This document shows, one piece after another, positions 1 through 12,875 of a stretch of 64,000 nt of DNA. The notes under the pieces are model-generated. The model saw nothing but the letters and a program-made list of their open reading frames with translations, did not search any database and had not been told where the DNA came from. The DNA comes from Blasia pusilla (Eukaryota): the NCBI GenBank assembly GCA_050084515.1, contig CM114271.1:49724001-49788000 (forward strand), in the 5' to 3' direction. Each line of letters opens with the position of its first letter. Positions within the stretch are counted from its first letter, which is position 1. The position numbers and the translations under genes are program-made.

Positions 1-10
1 CCCAGAGTAC

Positions 11-963
11 CTGATGTGGTTGAAAAAATAGGCGATTCATGTTGGCGAGCTCCACGGTGTCGTAGTCATATAGAAGCAGGCGACCAATACCACACCTTGT
101 CAGCATCTCTGCTGCCACACTGCCTACTCCACCAATACCCTGCGATTGATAATAAATTCAGGGCTCAAATTTCCGCTCCAGTAGAAACCAATACTTGACT
201 TGCGCCTTTCTCAAAAACAAGCGCGGCTTAAATTGGTTCTTTAAAAGCAGTTCGCATATCAATAGGCAAACTCTGGAAGAAAATTTTGAGCTTCAATTAC
301 CACGATGGCGACAGAGTAGTCACGAATTTTCTCGTAGTTATCCACGATGCCCATTCGCTTCAGAGCCATCAGTCTGCTGTAAGGATTGCTGTCCACCACT
401 TCTGCACTCATGACCTGTTCCAAGGACCAATCTTCAGAAAACTTCATCGCATCTCCGATCACACTCAAATGCAATCGACGAACGCGCTCTAAAGAACCAC
501 AGAGGCTCATGCGGCTATAATCACGTTCAAATATTCTTAATGGATGAACAGCCACACTGACCAGCATGCAGGTAAATGCACGATCTCCATTCCCATGGGT
601 TTTGACAGTCCCGCCTGCTCTCATAAACTAGGCAACAACCTTCCCCAATACTTTTCTACTTGCGGGCGAAGCGTTTCGGAATCAGCTAAGCACGGCATTG
701 CGATTGGTTTAAACATTCCGAGCTGGAGTCGATCGGGACACTAACCAGAAAAAGGCCCTACGAATTCCATGGAAGACTACCACAATCCGACTGCCGTCAA
801 ACCATCCCAACTGTCTACCCTGCAAACCGATTGAGTTGACTACACTCAGCAGCACACGCAAGTGAGCACGAAAAGCAAACGATCCAAGCACAAGGGAACC
901 CACCCTTTTCTCCGCCTTGGCCACAGGCTTTGCATCTTGGTCTGCAGGCTCCGCGCTTGCCAT
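11..963 (-). CDS. UBA5: Ubiquitin-like modifier-activating enzyme 5 (UFM1 E1), 5' exons only; the gene continues past the left edge. Exons approx. 963-904 (tentative), 414-301, 139-11
   Basis: Spliced translation [81 protein letters not shown] matches the conserved UBA5 N-terminus and GxGxxG motif. GT-AG boundaries at 415-417/300 and 140-142/10. The first exon (ATG at 963, donor GTGGGT at 903) is less certain. Confidence 0.92.
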
Positions 964-2568
964 CGCACTCACTGCTCCCAAATGCCTGTCCTCCAATTCC
1001 GAATCCTACGCAGACGCTCCGTCTGTCCGATCCCTACCAACTTCCCTCCGATGGCAGTGGACAGCTGATCAAAACACAGCAAAAGGACCCTCCTTCGGAT
1101 GGCGTGCACGAGGGCTAACGCTCTACCTCTCCCGATCGACGAGAACGAGAATGAGCACAGACGGAGATGGAGAGGAGGGATCGGAGCGCACGAGAAACAA
1201 TCGAAGGCCGGCTGCACCTGAAGAGGAGATAAACTTACTCACGAGCTGACTTATTTGGGCCCACGGATCTTTGATGATTCTCACGAGTTTATAATTGCAA
1301 TGATCGAGAGATCGGGGTTAGTAGTAATGGTATCCGGTTAAAATCAGAACTTTCCGTTTCATTTAAAAACTCAGAAACCCCCCTAGCTTTCCCGGCTATG
1401 ATATACCGGTAGTGTAGCGGTTTCTGAAAAACCTAGTATGATTTGTGTATGCGCACGACAAGGTTTAATTGGAGAGAGAAGCTCAATGCATCATTGTCTT
1501 CTATCTTCAATTTAAGAATTAGAGTAAGTACAACATATTTTCAATATATCTAATCACTCAAGTAAGCATGTGTATCATAGAATTGTTTGAACGATACCTC
1601 TCATCCAGATTCACATATATTTGTTCTTCTTATGTCAACTCTAGATTCTTGAAGTAAATGGAGAACTATGATAATCATTTCCTCATCCACAATGATGATA
1701 ACATGCGAAATGGGCTCTCCATGTAGAATTAAAAAAATATGCAAGACTCTGAATGTAAGAGTCACTTTAGATACATTTTCAAGTCGCATTGGACAATCTC
1801 TCATAGTTATCCATCTACCTTTTAAGTGGCCAACAACATTATTTATAGTTACTCTTGCCTTTGAAGTTTGTCGATTAAATATGTTATGCATCAGATCTCT
1901 TTGATGTGACTGTTGATGGAATTCCTTCAATAATCATTGATGGATTGGATTTTTTGTATCCCCAAATACTATAGGGGGTACAACTTGTAATTGACTTTGT
2001 AATTGTCAATTGAGAAAGAGCTTGTTGATTTTTGATACATTGAAAAATATAGATTTTCGTAAATATGTAGGATCATAAGTGGCCAACATGGTACAACATA
2101 AACTCCACTATTTAAAATTGGTGTCACAAAATTTTTGGAGAAGCATTAAATAGCCAAAATGGGGATTCCTATAGTCGCATCTCATGCGATTAGAGAAAAT
2201 CTTCATTGTAAGTCCATACCTTCTTGTAAATAAAGTCCCACCACGTGAATTTCCTTGTGATAACCCAAAAAATCATTTTGATCCTTCTCTCTTATCAATG
2301 ATTTGTTTTTCTACCGCTCAACAACCATAAAATAGAACATGAAGAGCCCATGATTATCATCAATGTCGTTCTCCACTACAATCATCAAAAGATAATGCAA
2401 TTTTTCTTCACCAAAAACTACTTCTTCTATAAAACAAGAAAAAAAATACCAAAGAAATTCATAATGATGAAGACGGTAATCATAATGATCACTTGATTAA
2501 GTCTCTTTTCCATATGTGCTTGAAAGCATAAAAAAATGCTGACCAAATATGAGAAGAGAAAGAGAAGA

Positions 2569-2946
2569 AATGAAAAAATGATGGACTATCATAAGCTTCA
2601 TATGAAAGATAAAAAATTTAGGACCTATTCTTTTAGCCTTTATCTAAAGGAAGGCTTACTCTTTTGTAAGGGCCTCTGTTTCATCACAATTCATAAGCTC
2701 ACGATGAAAAATACTTCTCATAATGATCACTCAAGAGATAATTATATTCTAAGAATCAATGAAAAAATGATGGAGTATCATAAGTTCCATATGAAAGATG
2801 CAAAATTTAGGACCTCTTTTTTTAGCCTTTATCTGAAGGAAGGCTTACTCTTTTGTAAGGGCCTTTGTTTCATCACGATTCATATGCTCACGAAGAAAAA
2901 TACTTATCATAATGATCACTCAAGAGGTAATTATATTCTATGAATC
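2569..2946 (+). repeat. Tandem duplication, 2 x 189 bp, inside a decayed Gypsy-like pol (RT-integrase linker) remnant
   Basis: Units start at 2569 and 2758. Each encodes NEKMM.YHK.HMKD.KFRT..FSLYLKEGLLFCKGLCFITIH...HNDHS, resembling the Gypsy 'GLLFYKGRLCVP...HD' pre-integrase segment. Confidence 0.75.
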
Positions 2947-4399
2947 AATGTATAGTAGCCGTATTATTTGCGTGAAAAATGTTCTCATGCAAAGTAGGAA
3001 GAGAGCTGACGGAATCTCACTCTTTCTAAAATAAAATTTATAGAATATAAAATGTGAATGGTCACTAGAAACACCTAATACAATCAAATCCTCTAGCATC
3101 CACAAATTTGGGAGTGAAGAGCCTACATGTGTGTATAGTCACAATCCATATGTGCGCGTGTAGGCTCGTCACTCCAAGAACACATATTGTCTTTCTATGG
3201 CTGCAAGGCTACTATCGATGAATATCACATGAAATTTGTTCATGTAGTGGGTTGCATATGAATTGCTCATGTTATTTTGCCTTGCGAAGGTTCCAAATAC
3301 CAAAAATTGTAGAAGTACGTCTATTTTGATGGGTCTTTTCTAACTAGACCATGGTTAACTAAAATATACCGAGATTGCAATTGATTGAAATGAGCTTTAT
3401 AAGTAGGTAATAAATTGACATTGTGCCACAATCTTGAGCCCAATGAAGTTTTCTATTACATCCTGAATCGTTCTCAACTCGTTCCACACGGAAGATGGAT
3501 CAATGGTGCACATTCTTGATTCTCCGGCATTTCAATTTCAACATTGAAATGATAAATTTAACCTACATCACGAGATTAGATTATTTCATATGAGTATGCC
3601 TTTGAAATTATGACATGGTGCCCGACATCTATTGTAGGATGACATGGTACTTTTTGAGATTGGGTTTTATGAGGTAAGGGTGTTAAAGGGCAAAAGAATG
3701 TAGCTAAGTGACCTCAAAAGTGACTCTAACACAAATAATGCATTAAAATTACATGAATTTCAATCACTCCTAATTTTCATTACCTAGTGCATGGTTTGAA
3801 AAAAATGGACAAGTCCATCCCTAAGACGCACATGGACGGGCAAGTCTTGATTTGTCCACGGACATGGATTATAAGAGGTGGGACCCACATTTATAGAGAT
3901 GGAAGGAAGATCAAGGGCAAGTTGGGCAATAAGGGGAGGGCGTAGAGATGGAGAGAGGAAGAAACATGAAAGTATGAAACACGAAGGCAAGTGAGGGGGA
4001 TGAGAACTAGTCGTGAGTCTAGGAAGGGCGACGGAACCAGCCCCCATGACTAATGCTAGGGGAGACGCGCAGATGTCTTGTGATTAGCCTTAGGTGAGAA
4101 GGGGTATAGCTACTTGTGAAAATAAAGGCAAGGCCAGTAAAGTTTGAGATCTTAGAGCCAAGTGAGAAGAAAGAAATATTGAGTATTCAAGATCAATGAG
4201 ATGTCACAAGACTAGTCACGAAACGCAAAGAGCGGGAAGACAACCATGAAACGCCAAACATGAAGTCAAGGTATGTGCTAGCCATGAGACACATAAAATG
4301 TGGGTCTAAGCTCCAAGATACATTTGGGGAGCTGAAAGTTGCATAAGTTGGAAGAAGCTTCCGCCAAGCCATCTTGGTGGATAACTAGTCAAACGGCGC

Positions 4400-4720
4400 T
4401 CCTCGATTTCCATCCATTACTGCTGCCATTAGACCTATTTGATATTCTAGTGAGATCCATATACTTTACCAAGATCGATCTAAGGCAAGGGTATAATCAA
4501 ATTCAAATCAGATAAGGGGGAAAACACAAGACTCGCTTCTATATTTGAAGCCAATTTACGAGTCCCTGAGAGTCACATTGTAGTTGGGCTACATTCACAA
4601 TACACCCACACTATAATCGTAGACAACTTGCATACTCTTGGGTATATAATTAGCAAAACTATATTTTTTCACTCGCAAAATGTGAGTCACACACTACGTC
4701 TCTTATAATCCTCAGAAAAA
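4400..4720 (+). pseudogene. Decayed Ty3/Gypsy reverse transcriptase fragment, unrelated to the DNMT family
   Basis: Translation DLFDILVRSIYFTKIDLRQGYNQIQIR*GGKHKT resembles the Gypsy RT motif DLFDQL..A.YFTKIDLRSGYHQIRI..GDE.KTAF. Confidence 0.7.
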
Positions 4721-5125
4721 TATACAAATAACTTGCAGGTTTACTTAGAATCCTTCTTATGCTTACATATGTTCATTCATCTATACCATTAAGAGAGGAT
4801 GAGTTTACAAAATCCCTCTTCCTTTTGTTGACACTTGTCCTTTGAGGACTCCTCTCATATTTACACATGTACTTTTAAAGGATGGAGTTATGTTAAGTAA
4901 GAAGAAAAGAACTAAGCTAAAGGGGAAACTACACTTGAGAGAAGGGAGGGAGGGGATGAGCGAGGAGAGAGGCGGAGGAAAGTGCATATTTTTTTCGTAT
5001 AAAAAAAATTCATGTGTAATCCTGTAGAGAGCATGGGAAACTCACTAGTAAAATGTCTTTCAAGATTGAAAAAAAACCATTCTATGGAAACTCATCAATA
5101 ATAGTTAACAATTTCAACCAATTTT

Positions 5126-5187
5126 ATCTCAACCAATTTTATTAGTACCAAATGACTCATTGTGGTACTAATAAAATTGGTTGAGAT
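5126..5187. repeat. Perfect 25-bp inverted repeat (hairpin)
   Basis: ATCTCAACCAATTTTATTAGTACCA (5126-5150) / TGGTACTAATAAAATTGGTTGAGAT (5163-5187), with a 12-nt loop that is itself partly palindromic (AATGACTCATT). Confidence 0.9.
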
Positions 5188-5341
5188 TTTTTTAAGTTAG
5201 AATTTGATGATTTTGAAAATGAAATATAAATGATGTATAATTTAACCCAATCCGTCTACACTATTTTTTTTGAAATGACTATCTTAAATTTTAATTGAAA
5301 CAAGAAATGAAAATGAAAACAAGTGAATTTAAATTTATACC

Positions 5342-5958
5342 TGTTGTGTATGCGCTGTCACCGAACACACATACAAACACGCACGAACCCATGCTTACTC
5401 ATGGCATCCAAACAACGAGACAAGAAGTACCAAAATATCTCCAATAAAATAAGATCCAATCTCTCCCTACTCCATCTCACACCATAGCTCTCAAAGGTGT
5501 GCACTCTCTCTCATGTCAAACCAAACCCACTCTCGTAATGAGAGGCTTGGGTTACACTCACAAGGCAAGCGACTATAGCTCCGCCGCCTTATGCCAAGAG
5601 GTTCAACAAAGAGAGAATGAGTTCTCAAGCTCTCTCTCCTTGAGGTATACCCCTCCCCTCTCCCAAGCTCTCTTCATGGTAACCTATGCTCCCAAGTCAC
5701 CTCCTTGGCACTTGACCTGATGTAGGAGGTCAAGGGCCACTTACCAAAAATAGAAAGTCGATCACATATTCAAAATGGTACTTACCTAAAATAGCAAGTT
5801 TCTCAATATGACTCTAAATGAGTCGAAACGAAGGGGAAACCTGCTCTCTCAGGTTTCCCGAGGCCTCAGCAGGTCATCCTCGACCTACTGAGCCTATCCT
5901 CCGCTACTCACGAAGGAGCTCTACTAGATCTCACCGATCTATCCTAAGAGACGTGACA
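5342..5958 (-). repeat. 3' LTR of copy A (subfamily 1)
   Basis: TG...CA termini. Colinear with the solo LTR at 57867-58522 and with the reverse complement of 36626-37156. Confidence 0.88.
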
Positions 5959-8900
5959 GTTGTCGTGCGCATATACATCACTACACAACATATATCGCTA
6001 TCACCGAACACACACACAAACACGCACGATCCCATGCCAACTCATGGCATCCAAACAACGAGACAAGAAGTACCAAAATATCTCCAATCGCCCCCCTAGT
6101 TGGTGGTTAGGTCCCTCTAACTCTAAATAGCCATCTATCCCTACCTACCATGACATACATCTCTCGAACGCTAAGAGCAAGAAGTTCGGGTGCTCATGTG
6201 GCCCCATCGTTAGTTGCCTTCTTGTCATCCATATCCCAGACACAAGTCAGAATGTAGAACTACCTACTCTATGTACATTTGGGACACATCCATCATCCCT
6301 GAGGAACGCTAGTGAGAGGTGGCGTCAAACATGCCATATGCCATCCTCTCGAACACCCATCACATACTAGCATAGTGGCTGTACCACGGGCGGAACCACA
6401 CAACATACACCGCAAGCTTGCAGGAACTATTGCTAAGCTCAGATAAACTGTACCTTCAATGTTCGGAAGATGACTTGGCGCACAGTTACGCACATGGTCC
6501 TTCCAAATCATACCATCGCGTCCCTCCAATAAGAGAACACCGGATGGCAAAACCTCACGCACTCTCAAGATGGTGCGCCCCGCAATCACATCCAACATCG
6601 TGGGAGCCGTCTGCTACAAGTAGACATAGTCTCCTTGATGAAACCTCCGGATAGTAGGTCGATAACCACCTCCCCGAATAGTCGCATACCTCAACGTATC
6701 CCGATGTTGCGCAATCGCCAAGTTTTCAAACGCCATGGGCATCACTCTCCTAAACAACTCAGCCCTCTGAGAACATGGTCGCATCCATACATCAAGATCA
6801 TCAAGGTTCAACACATCACCAGTATCTCGATGAATGGCGACAGGTAAATCTGGCTCACGGCCATAAAGCAACAAGTACGGTGAGAAAGACGCTAAGGATG
6901 CCTACCTACTGAATCTGTATCCCATCGCCAACCACAACAACTGAAGGTCCCAATCTCCTAGGTGACCTCTCTGCAAGCCATACTTACGTAGTCCTCTCTT
7001 CACCGTCTCGCACAACCCGCTCCGCTAGTCCATCCGCCTTAGGATGATCTCGCGAAGTAGTGCGGTGGCCGATCAGTGCCTGATCACACAAGGCCTGAAA
7101 CTCCCCGCGGAACTCTGTACCGTGGTCTGTCAACAACTCAGCTGGTGCGCCTTAATGACTTAGCATTCGATCTAGGAAGGCATACGCTTCTCCCTCACTC
7201 GCTTTATCATGAAATGCAACCAACTCTATCCACTTCGAGAAGTGCTCAACCATCACCAACACATAACGACTATGGCGCTCCGTCAAAGGCAAAGGTCTTG
7301 CAAAATCCAAACTCCATCTATAACCTAAACCCATGATCGGAAGTGGATGCAACTGTGTAGTCGGAGCATTGAACCATGCTTGGACTCGATCACACACCAT
7401 GCATCCTAAACTCTCTATCATCATCGTCATGTTGGGTGAGCACTGCTCTAAGCCCCAATATGCTCCAATCGGTATGCAATTGGAAAGGACGACCCCTGAT
7501 CGGTCTCCTCAATATGGGCGTGGACGTCAATCTGTCCTTGAGCATCTGAAATGCTCTCTCTTGCTCATCCCCCCAGTGTCACTCCTGATCCACCTTGGTC
7601 ATCAAGGTTAGCGGCTTCGCAATCGAACTGAAACCCTTGACGTATCGTCGATAGAAGTTCCCCAATCCCATGAATGCACGAACTCGACTCACATCTGTAG
7701 GGCGTGGAATGCGTGAAATAGCCTCAACCTTTGTCTGTTGCAAAGCAAGGCCCCGAGGGTATATCCTATGACCCTAGTTCTCAATCTGGTTGTAGAAGAG
7801 CTTGCACTTGCCTGGATGTAGCTTCAGCCCATGTAACTGCAATCGTCGAAATACCTCTTCTAGATGTCGCACATGCTCCTCAACCATGGCGCTAAGGACT
7901 ACGATGTCATCAATATAACACCTAGAAAAATCTAGGCCTGCCAAGATCCTATCCATGACCCTCCAAAACTCAGCCGGGGCGTTCTTTAACCCGAATGGTA
8001 AGAACCGCCATTGGTACAAACAATCCTTCCCGTGAGGATCAATGCCCCAAAATGCTGTCTTCTGCATGTCCTCCAATCTGACAGGCAACCGATGGTATCC
8101 GGCTCACAAATCCAATGAACTGAAGACCTTTGCATGCCCAATCGCATCAAAGATCTCCTCAGGGTTGGGCATGGCATACCTATCGGCCTTTGTTTGCCGA
8201 TTGATATGTCGGTAATCTCCACACATTCGCCTATCCGTCCAGTTGCCATGCACATCCTTCTTGGCAGGCATGATAGTGACAGATGCATATTCTCCATGCA
8301 ACATCTCCACTAGTCTTACTCCAACCAAGTCCTGGCTCCTACTCTGAATCAGAGCCCTCTCCATGTCACTATACATGTAGGGTTTTCAGAAGATCGACAT
8401 GTCACTCGACAACTCAATGCGGATCCCTTGACCCGTAAGCGTACCCAAATCATGCATACTAAATGTAAAATAACTCTTGGCGTACCTGCAAAACATCCCA
8501 AGAAGTCCAAGGGTGTCTCTCCCAATCATCCCTGGTATGTCGATCTCCTCGGGTCTCGCCCCCAACCACTGCCTCAACCGTCTCGGTACGCATGGGGCTC
8601 ACCAACGCAAAAATTGTGATCTGTCGTATCCTCAAACGACGCTCCTCAACTACTCATAAGCTGAAAATCCATATCAAGCACTTCAGATCCATTGCCTGAC
8701 CCAAGACATGACGTCGTGATGCCTCTTATAGTGACGGTACTGCCGTCACTCCTATGGGGAATCCCATCGCTCACTCTCGCTCATCGGCGTTGGGCTCCAC
8801 CAACCTCTGTACCTGGTCATCCCAAACCAAGCCAGGTACGGCCTCCTTGAATGCATAGGAAGCGGGAAAACTCATCAATGTGGGAAAGGCGGCTCGTGGC

Positions 8901-9751
8901 ATGCCAATCATGTTGACCACAGTCAACGGCGATCGATCATCGTGCCTCACTGCGTGTGATCTCCTCCTGTCAACTTAAGGCCCATATCTAGCTCCCAAAT
9001 CTCCATCGTGACTACGGTAGGACTCTCCGACGCGGGTCTAGGTGGTTCCTATGATGCAACCTTGTCTCGAACAACAAAACTCGACTGCTCCTCTACAGCC
9101 AATTACAAAATCGGATCTCCATGTTTAGTACCCATAACCACGCTTGATGTTGTGGCTACCATCTCCTGGCGTATCTGCAAAACATCTGAAAAAGTCCAAG
9201 GATGTCTCTCCTTATCACCCATGGTATGTCGATCTCCTCGGGTGTCGCCCCCAGCCACTCCCTCAACCGTCTTGGTAGGCATGGGGTTCACCAACGCAAT
9301 AGTTGTGATCTTTCGCATCCGAAAAAGACGTTTCTTAGCTACTCCTAAGCTGAAAATCCATGTCAAGCAGTTCAGGTCCATTGCTTGACCTAGGACATGA
9401 CGTCATGATGCCTTTGATAGTGATGGTACTACCATCACTCTTGTGGGGAATCCCATCGCTCGCTCTCGCTCATCAGCGTTGGGCTCCATCAACCTCTGTA
9501 CCTGGTCATCCCAAACCAAGCGAGGTCTGGCCTCCTTGAATGCATAGGAAGCAGGAAAACTCACCAATGTGGGAAAGACTGCCCGTGGCATGCCAATCCT
9601 GTTGACCACAGTCAACGGCGGTCGATCCTCGTGCCTCACTGCTTGTGACTGACGACCTTGATCCAGAATAGAATCCACTAACAAATCGGAGGGGCGCTCC
9701 ACTCTCGCATACGCCCTCCACAAAACCTCATGTGGCACCAATTTGGTCCAC

Positions 9752-9787
9752 CTAAGGTTTAGGGTTTAGGATTCAGGGTTTAGGGTT
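9752..9787 (+). repeat. Interstitial plant telomeric repeat tract (TTTAGGG-like, about 5 degenerate units)
   Basis: ctaaggTTTAGGGTTTAGGaTTcAGGGTTTAGGGtt, located at a deletion junction inside the copy A DNMT domain. Confidence 0.85.
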
Positions 9788-12044
9788 ACCCGCTCCAAGT
9801 CCTGCGTCCCCAACAATGAAATATCCCTCAGTAGGGAACTCTGGTATCCCTAGACAGCGGACGCAGACAATAAGTCGGGAAAACGGAGGGGTAATTGCGC
9901 CATATGGTGAAGAGAAACGTGCCTTGTAACATCATCAATCTCCACATATAGGTACTTCTGCATGCGTACTCCTACCTGCAAAACAACAGCTAACCGAGAG
10001 CTGATCCCTCCAAAGAGATCCAACATTTGAATACCCTCCTCTGGGATGTGCCACACAATGGGTGTGGTATCCAAGGGTGTCATCATAGCACTCTCGGCTA
10101 CCTTGGGTTCCTCTGACCCGTCATGCTCTGGTGCAGACGTCTTGCTCCACGCGGCATGCACATGCTTCATGGCTAAGCGTCGAAGCTCCTTAGTTGAGCC
10201 CAAAAGCGGCACCTCTCCTCCACGGACTGATGCGGCAACAATGACACTCCTCTCCATAGAAATGTCAGGAACGAGAGTATCCTCTGTATGGACATGTTCC
10301 TCAATCAAATCACTAGGCCAAGTGATGGTGTTGCTAAGGTCGCCATCTCTCCTGGCCGGCGCTCGATCACTGCACCTGTGAATCGAACGGATAATGAGCT
10401 AAGGCGCCCATCATCTGAATGCCATCCTTGTCTGTAGGACGATGAATCCTCCCAGTAATCCAGGGAAAACCCCATCGGTATAACACTGCTCCACCAACCA
10501 AGACGTCATAGGACTCTGCATCAATCACTATCGCTTTGGCTCGCACCACGGACTCATCTGTAGGATATCCCGGGCGAATCCTCATCACGACCTCCTAACG
10601 GTTAATATACTGTGTAGTACTTGCTCCACCTAAGGATATCTGTATCCGGAATGGACAACGCTCCACATCGGCCCTCGTCAGGCCCAAACCTTTGAATGCC
10701 GCTTTAATTTCCCCAACATCAGGGCTTGCGCTTCTGAATCCAACAAGACGCGCAACTGACTAAAAGCTCTACCTCCTGGACTCACCAACTGGAAGACCTC
10801 TCCCCGGTTATCCAGCAAAACAAACACCAGGAGAAACCATGGCACGCTCTATCGGGGGTCTAGCGGGCATCTCTGCCATCCTAGCAACCGCACCCTACCA
10901 TGAATCTGACATGGACAGCTCGAGCATCAACTCCAAGGGCAAGTCCATCACCTCCTCTGAATGTGATGCAGGAACTCCAACTCCATGCTCACATAGCGTA
11001 GTGGCCATCCGGAAAACCTCGGTGGGAGTACCTCTCAATGTCATAATATCGGAAGCAGAAAATAAAGGAGCGCGATACACAACAGTGGCCGCCCCCAACA
11101 ACGTGCTCGACACATGCTCTTCCTGAACATCAGCAATAGGAGTCGTCGCACTCGCTTCTTTGATCGCCCTCCGTGCCTCCACACCAACAACATCACCAAC
11201 TCTCTTGGAACTCTGATGAGGACCCATCGATGGGGTCCTCATCGCCTCGGACAACGTGAAAGACTGAGGAAGCGTGGTCTGTTTCCTGGCTTTACCTTGC
11301 TGTGGATCCAACTCTACGGCTTCTTCACGCGTAACAATTGCGGCGGCCTCCATCTGGGCAACCCCGCACATCCAACCAGGATCCTTCATATGTCTAGCCG
11401 CTCCATAAGAGGTCGATGCCACGGATCTGGAATCAGGTAATCTCAATGCCATAGCGGCAATTTCTGCTGTTGTAGCTGTTGTATCTAAGCAGCCATCCCA
11501 ACCTCACGCCCGGCGTCTCCCTCGACGCATCTAGGTGGTGGGACTCTATCTCCTTCACGAGAAACTTCACCATCCCCTCGGGCGAATCCAACTCCTTGTC
11601 CCCCAACGGGACCACTTGGTGCACGACCTCTAGGCCCACCCGAACCAACAAGATGTGGGGGATCTCACATGATGAGCTTGTGCTCATACTTAGGGTTAGT
11701 CTCACTTATGCACGTTTAAAGCAAGTGGGGATTTCACAAAGAGTTTTTATTTGTAGTTCTTGCGACCATAGGTGCAACTCTTGGGACTACTACTTGTGAG
11801 AACAGGAAAAAGCGTTTGAAGAGTGGTTATGTTCATAGCAAAGGTATAGTGCGAAGGCTACAAATTTGTTGGAGTTTGAGGTGACAATGGGTACTACTCT
11901 TTGTATCTTTGCCTCTTGTTAAAAAGCCAACCAAAAACGCGTTTGAAACGTGATTTTAGGGCTCATGATAGGCTCCAGATGACGATCATCAATGACGGCG
12001 TGGGTCATGTCGTCTTCGACAAACAAGATTAAGTCCAGCTCTAA

Positions 12045-12472
12045 TCTATATTATTAAGGGTTGAGAGCCTTTTTTGATTTGCAAACTCCTCTCTACTTGA
12101 CACGTGGCAATTGGGCAGCAAGAAAATATTTCACATGTTACGGACAACAAGAAGTAAATTTGAATTCATGTGTAACATCATTAATCTCTTCCCTTCATGG
12201 GCTATACGCTAGCTCTTCAAATACTTTTTTATTTCCCTTGCATCGCAAGTGCATCTTATCTATATTATTATGGGAGAATGCCTTCTTGAGTTGCAAAGAC
12301 CTCTTTGCTTGACCTGTGACAATTGGGCAATGATAAAATATTTCACATGCTACGGGAAACCAAAAAAAAAAAAATTTATGTGCAACATCATTAATCTCTT
12401 CCTTTCATGGATTATATACTAACTCTTCATACACTTTTTCATTTCTCGTGCATCGCACGGACACTTTACTAG
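12045..12472 (+). mobile_element. Non-autonomous Helitron, two tandem ~214-bp units
   Basis: A|TCTATATTATTA starts at 12045 and 12259. Subterminal hairpin CGTGC-ATC-GCACG at 12447-12459. Ends CTAG|T at 12469-12473. Confidence 0.8.
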
Positions 12473-12875
12473 TCGTATCTCATATACAATTGGTCTTGAC
12501 GTATCAACTGAAGAATTTGTGAATTCTCCATATGTGCAGACCCGCCATAACTGTATTTCCTAGTACTAGTAGTTATCCTCACATAATGTTCAATCTAGAA
12601 GAACAAAGAAGGAGCCTTTGAACACTTGTAGGAAGAGGAGAAGTTGTGTGCACTCGAGATTTGGATCGAAGATTTGGACTCGCTTCATAGTATGGAGCAC
12701 TCCTCACATGCGCACATAGCATCTCCCATACTTCAAGAACAGGAGCTTTTTCTATTCTATTTTCTTGAGTTAAAGTCATGCAATGTTGTAAAACCTTGGG
12801 AACCCAAGCAGAAACGAAGGGGTGACCAACAGTTCTCGATCTCCTGAAATACTCGACAATCGGCGAGACGGCTGC

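Larger units (their letters stand above)
5342..11700 (-). mobile_element. Ty3/Gypsy LTR retrotransposon carrying DNMT and PHD domains, copy A (subfamily 1); 5'-truncated, decayed
   Basis: Minus-strand order: gag-like (~11700-10850); protease LRVLLDSEAQ (~10740); DNMT motif I MLDLFGGISSRL (~10020) and motifs IX/X NADERERAMGFP...RRHVLGQAMD (~9480-9370); RT (RRMCGDYR, FLPFGLKNAP, YIDD; 8390-7600); integrase core (WSLDFARP, VEHFSKW); PHD CMLCGS..MLVCDGCSRGWHMACL..WMCPKC (~6410-6270); LTR 5342-5958. Confidence 0.92.
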
